Of a stretch of DNA of 64,000 bases, positions 60,542 to 64,000 are shown piece after piece; positions within the stretch are counted from its first letter, which is position 1, and the number at the start of each line of letters is the position of its first letter. Source of the stretch: a phage. The position numbers and the translations under genes were made by a program. The stretch is from the sequence record PZ049694.1; one strand, 5' to 3'. The notes beneath the pieces were generated by a model that did no database searches, was not told the DNA's origin, and saw only the letters and a program-made list of their open reading frames with translations.

Positions 60542-62110
60542 ATGACTACTATCAAAACTAAAGCTCAGCTCGTAGACAAATGGAAAGAACTGCTGGAAGG
60601 TGAAGGCCTGCCGGAAATCGCTAATAGCAAGCAGGCTATTATCGCTAAAATCTTCGAAAACCAGGAAAAAGATTTCGAAGTATCCCCTGAATATAAAGAC
60701 GAGAAAATCGCTCAGGCGTTTGGTTCTTTCTTGTCCGAAGCTGAAATTGGCGGTGACCATGGTTATAATGCTCAGAACATCGCAGCGGGTCAAACCTCTG
60801 GTGCAGTAACCCAAATTGGGCCGGCAGTTATGGGTATGGTTCGACGTGCTATTCCTAATCTGATCGCTTTTGATATTTGTGGTGTTCAGCCTATGAACAG
60901 CCCGACCGGTCAGGTATTTGCTCTCCGTGCAGTATATGGTAAAGACCCTATCGCTGCTGGCGCTAAAGAAGCTTTCCATCCGATGTATGCCCCAGACGCG
61001 ATGTTCTCTGGTCAGGGTGCTGCTAAGAAATTCCCAGCTCTGGCTGCTGACACTACTACTGTTGTAGGTGATATCTATACTCACTTCTTCCAAGAAACTG
61101 GTACTGTATATCTGCAAGCTTCTGCTGTCGTAACACTTGATTCTGGTGCAACTGATGCAGCTAAATTAGATGCAGAAGTTAAGAAACAAATGGAAGCTGG
61201 TGTACTGGTAGAAATCGCTGAAGGTATGGCTACTTCTATCGCTGAACTCCAGGAAGGTTTCAACGGTTCTACCGATAACCCATGGAATGAAATGGGCTTC
61301 CGTATCGATAAACAAGTTATCGAAGCTAAATCTCGCCAGCTGAAAGCTGCTTACTCTATCGAATTAGCACAAGACCTCCGTGCAGTACACGGTATGGATG
61401 CTGATGCTGAACTGAGCGGTATTCTGGCTACAGAAATTATGCTAGAAATCAACCGTGAAGTTGTTGATTGGATTAACTACTCTGCACAGGTTGGTAAATC
61501 TGGTATGACCCTGACTCCGGGTTCTAAAGCTGGTGTATTTGACTTCCAGGACCCGATTGATATCCGTGGTGCTCGTTGGGCCGGTGAAAGCTTTAAATCT
61601 CTGTTGTTCCAGATTGATAAAGAAGCAGTTGAAATTGCTCGTCAAACCGGTCGTGGTGAAGGTAACTTCATTATCGCTTCCCGTAACGTAGTTAACGTAC
61701 TGGCTTCAGTTGATACTGGTATTTCTTACGCTGCACAGGGCCTGGCTTCTGGTTTTAATACCGACACTACTAAATCTGTATTTGCCGGTGTACTTGGTGG
61801 TAAATACCGCGTATACATCGACCAGTATGCTAAACAGGATTACTTCACCGTTGGTTACAAAGGCGCTAACGAAATGGATGCAGGTATTTACTATGCTCCT
61901 TACGTTGCACTTACCCCACTGCGTGGTTCCGATCCTAAGAACTTCCAGCCGGTAATGGGCTTTAAAACTCGTTACGGTATCGGTGTTAACCCGTTTGCTG
62001 AAAGTTCCCTGCAGGCTCCAGGTGCTCGCATCCAGTCCGGTATGCCGTCTATCCTGAACAGCCTTGGTAAGAACGCTTACTTCCGCCGTGTATATGTAAA
62101 AGGCATCTAA
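60542..62110 (+). CDS. 23: major capsid protein gp23
   Basis: 522 aa; MTTIKTKAQLVDKWKELLEGEGLPEIANSKQAIIAKIFENQEKDFE matches recalled T4 gp23. Confidence 0.93.
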   Translation: MTTIKTKAQLVDKWKELLEGEGLPEIANSKQAIIAKIFENQEKDFEVSPEYKDEKIAQAFGSFLSEAEIGGDHGYNAQNIAAGQTSGAVTQIGPAVMGMVRRAIPNLIAFDICGVQPMNSPTGQVFALRAVYGKDPIAAGAKEAFHPMYAPDAMFSGQGAAKKFPALAADTTTVVGDIYTHFFQETGTVYLQASAVVTLDSGATDAAKLDAEVKKQMEAGVLVEIAEGMATSIAELQEGFNGSTDNPWNEMGFRIDKQVIEAKSRQLKAAYSIELAQDLRAVHGMDADAELSGILATEIMLEINREVVDWINYSAQVGKSGMTLTPGSKAGVFDFQDPIDIRGARWAGESFKSLLFQIDKEAVEIARQTGRGEGNFIIASRNVVNVLASVDTGISYAAQGLASGFNTDTTKSVFAGVLGGKYRVYIDQYAKQDYFTVGYKGANEMDAGIYYAPYVALTPLRGSDPKNFQPVMGFKTRYGIGVNPFAESSLQAPGARIQSGMPSILNSLGKNAYFRRVYVKGI

Positions 62111-62133
62111 TCTTAATTGATTAAATCTTATTT

Positions 62134-62165
62134 TGGGAGACTTCGGTCTCCCATTTTTGGTTTTA
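62134..62165 (+). terminator. rho-independent terminator after gene 23
   Basis: tgggagac-TTCG-gtctccca then TTTTTGGTTTT. Confidence 0.7.
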
Positions 62166-62432
62166 TTTCTGTGCAATTTCGATGTAAGTTTTCAAAATAT
62201 TTTGCCAATTAGGCATACCTTCTTGGACATATGCTAGAGAACCGTCTTTGTTTTTGAATGATGCAAGTTTATCAGTGGCCCAATAACCTTTAGCTCGAGC
62301 TTCAGAATCAACTTTCATCCATACTTTGTTGAAGGCATTACCATTAACTTTTGCACCATATTTTTCTACTAACTTAACTGCTTCAGCTTCTAGAACTTTT
62401 AAAGTATCTCGTAAGAAACGTGCTTTAGTCAT
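62163..62432 (-). CDS. small early-type gene between 23 and 24 on the opposite strand, 89 aa
   Basis: ORF MTKARFLRDTLKVLEAEAV... preceded by the PeSL cassette copy with GAGGAG Shine-Dalgarno. Confidence 0.6.
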   Translation of the reverse strand: MTKARFLRDTLKVLEAEAVKLVEKYGAKVNGNAFNKVWMKVDSEARAKGYWATDKLASFKNKDGSLAYVQEGMPNWQNILKTYIEIAQK

Positions 62433-62492
62433 TTTGTTTACTCCTCTGTAGTTGATAAGTCTATAGTATCACATACCAAATACGTTGTAAAC
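62427..62492 (-). repeat. PeSL-like promoter/5'-UTR cassette, copy 2 (42 nt identical to 25977..26018)
   Basis: identical 42-nt block including Shine-Dalgarno and ATG; minus-strand GTTTAC, 18 nt, TACTAT. Confidence 0.6.
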
Positions 62493-62498
62493 AATCTT

Positions 62499-62506
62499 TA
62501 TAAATA
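62499..62506 (+). promoter_or_regulatory. late promoter TATAAATA upstream of gene 24
   Basis: TATAAATA 28 nt upstream of the gene 24 ATG. Confidence 0.5.
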
Positions 62507-62533
62507 ATCTATATCACATAAGGAAAAAATGCA

Positions 62534-63817
62534 ATGAGTAAAATCCAAAAATTATTGCGTGAATCTACAACGTCTACTAGCAACTCAATTGGTCGCCCAA
62601 ATCTCGTTGCTTTGACTCGCGCTACGACTAAATTAATATATTCTGACATTGTAGCAACACAAAGAACTAATCAACCTGTTGCTGCTTTTTATGGTATCAA
62701 ATATCTTAACCCAGATAACGAATTCACATTTAAAACTGGCGCTACTTATGCGGGTGAAGTTGGATATGTAGACCGAGAAAAAATTACTGAGCTAACAGAA
62801 GAATCAAAAGTCACACTAAATAAAGGTGATTTTTTCAAATATAATAATATCGTCTATAAAGTGTTAGAAGATACACCATTTGCAGATATTCAAGAAAGTG
62901 ATCTAGAACTAGCTCTTCAGATTGCAGTCGTTCATTTAAAGGTACGGTTATTTTCAGATGCAGCGGTAACAAGCAAATTTGAAAGCTCCGATAGCGAAAT
63001 TTCTGATGCAAGATTCCAGATTAATAAATGGCAAACTTCAGTCAAATCACGTAAACTTAAAACTGGCCTCACGGTCGAATTAGCGCAAGATTTGGAAGCG
63101 AATGGATTTGATGCCCCTAACTTCTTAGAAGATTTGCTTGCTACTGAAATGGCTGATGAAATTAATAAAGATATTCTTCAGTCTTTAATTACTGTATCGA
63201 AACGTTATAAAGTTACTGGAATTACCGATACCGGATTTATTGACTTGAGCTATGCATCCGCTCCAGAAGCAGGTCGTTCATTATATCGAATGGTGTGTGA
63301 AATGGTATCGCACATTCAAAAAGAGACGACTTATACTGCAACGTTTTGTGTAGCCTCAGCTCGTGCGGCTGCTATTCTTGCTGCTTCCGGTTGGTTAAAA
63401 CATAAGCCAGAAGATGACAAGTATCTTTCACAAAATGCTTATGGATTCTTGGCAAATGGATTACCTCTTTACTGCGATACCAACAGTCCGTTAGATTATG
63501 TTATTGTAGGTGTTGTAGAAAATATCGGCGAAAAAGAAATTGTAGGGTCCATCTTTTATGCTCCATACACTGAAGGAGTAGATTTAGATGACCCGGAACA
63601 TGTCGGTGCTTTTAAAGTTGTAGTTGATCCAGAAAGCTTGCAACCGTCTATTGGATTATTGGTTAGATATGCTTTATCAGCAAATCCTTACACAGTAGCA
63701 AAAGACGAAAAAGAAGCGAGAATAATCGATGGTGGGGACATGGATAAAATGGCAGGACGTTCAGACTTGTCTGTTTTACTCGGTGTTAAGCTACCAAAAA
63801 TTATCATTGATGAATAA
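62534..63817 (+). CDS. 24: capsid vertex protein gp24
   Basis: 427 aa, same length as T4 gp24; gp23-like fold expected from synteny. Confidence 0.9.
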   Translation: MSKIQKLLRESTTSTSNSIGRPNLVALTRATTKLIYSDIVATQRTNQPVAAFYGIKYLNPDNEFTFKTGATYAGEVGYVDREKITELTEESKVTLNKGDFFKYNNIVYKVLEDTPFADIQESDLELALQIAVVHLKVRLFSDAAVTSKFESSDSEISDARFQINKWQTSVKSRKLKTGLTVELAQDLEANGFDAPNFLEDLLATEMADEINKDILQSLITVSKRYKVTGITDTGFIDLSYASAPEAGRSLYRMVCEMVSHIQKETTYTATFCVASARAAAILAASGWLKHKPEDDKYLSQNAYGFLANGLPLYCDTNSPLDYVIVGVVENIGEKEIVGSIFYAPYTEGVDLDDPEHVGAFKVVVDPESLQPSIGLLVRYALSANPYTVAKDEKEARIIDGGDMDKMAGRSDLSVLLGVKLPKIIIDE

Positions 63818-63821
63818 AACA

Positions 63822-63848
63822 AAAGGGACCGTAAGGTCCCTTTTTCGT
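63822..63848. terminator. bidirectional terminator between gene 24 and convergent rnlB
   Basis: aaagggacc-GTAA-ggtcccttttt, with A/T runs on both sides. Confidence 0.6.
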
Positions 63849-64000
63849 TATGATACTAATTCAATCCATGCAGGACGCAGAACATCTTGCACCATTCGGA
63901 CTAATTCTTTCTTAACAAGATTCGGATTATCAGATGTTGTTAATACAATACCTTCACGAGAAGTTTCTTCCAGAATATCTTGAACAGTCAATCCCATCAC
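63848..64000 (-). CDS. rnlB: RNA ligase 2 (Rnl2), C-terminal part; gene continues past the right edge
   Basis: minus-strand C-terminus MGLTVQDILEETSREGIVLTTSDNPNLVKKELVRMVQDVLRPAWIELVS matches recalled T4 Rnl2 C-terminus. Confidence 0.85.
   Translation of the reverse strand: MMGLTVQDILEETSREGIVLTTSDNPNLVKKELVRMVQDVLRPAWIELVS

Noticed and set aside
59240-61117. Minus-strand ORFs (159, 114, 99 and 194 aa) inside late genes 21, 22 and 23
   Set aside because: They lie wholly inside conserved structural genes on the opposite strand and have low-complexity or Ser/Cys-rich translations.
62163-62432. Homing endonuclease (segD-like) between genes 23 and 24
   Set aside because: The 89-aa ORF has no GIY-YIG or HNH motif and is far too short; it is a small early-type gene carried on a promoter cassette.

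Overview
This window is a T4-like (Tequatrovirus-type) myovirus genome segment with no rRNA, CRISPR array, transposon or homing endonuclease detected. Protein identities rest on motif reading and on recalled T4 protein sequences; nothing was searched against a database. Left part (1-33.5 kb): minus-strand early/middle genes syntenic with T4 (49, nrdC, rI, tk, regB, denV, e, nudE, two tRNAs, ipI-like, 57B, 57A, 1, 3, 2, 4), interleaved with many small accessory ORFs, each typically preceded by a promoter-early stem-loop (PeSL-like) cassette. Right part (33.5-64 kb): plus-strand late structural and packaging module (53, 5, 5.1, 5.4/PAAR, 6-12, wac, 13-24), ending in a convergent partial rnlB. 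The most interesting candidates are in the hyperplastic block at 19.6-24.9 kb: five proteins sharing a C-terminal E-x-F-I-x-E-C-R tail motif, a tandem triplet of small proteins ending in GW[VI][SA]SSxxC, and a possible 2OG-Fe(II) oxygenase. Other leads are two nucleotidyltransferase-fold proteins, a macro-domain protein, a GrcA-like glycyl-radical protein, and three internal-protein-like genes with capsid-targeting leaders. Several PeSL hairpins pair the downstream Shine-Dalgarno with the promoter spacer.
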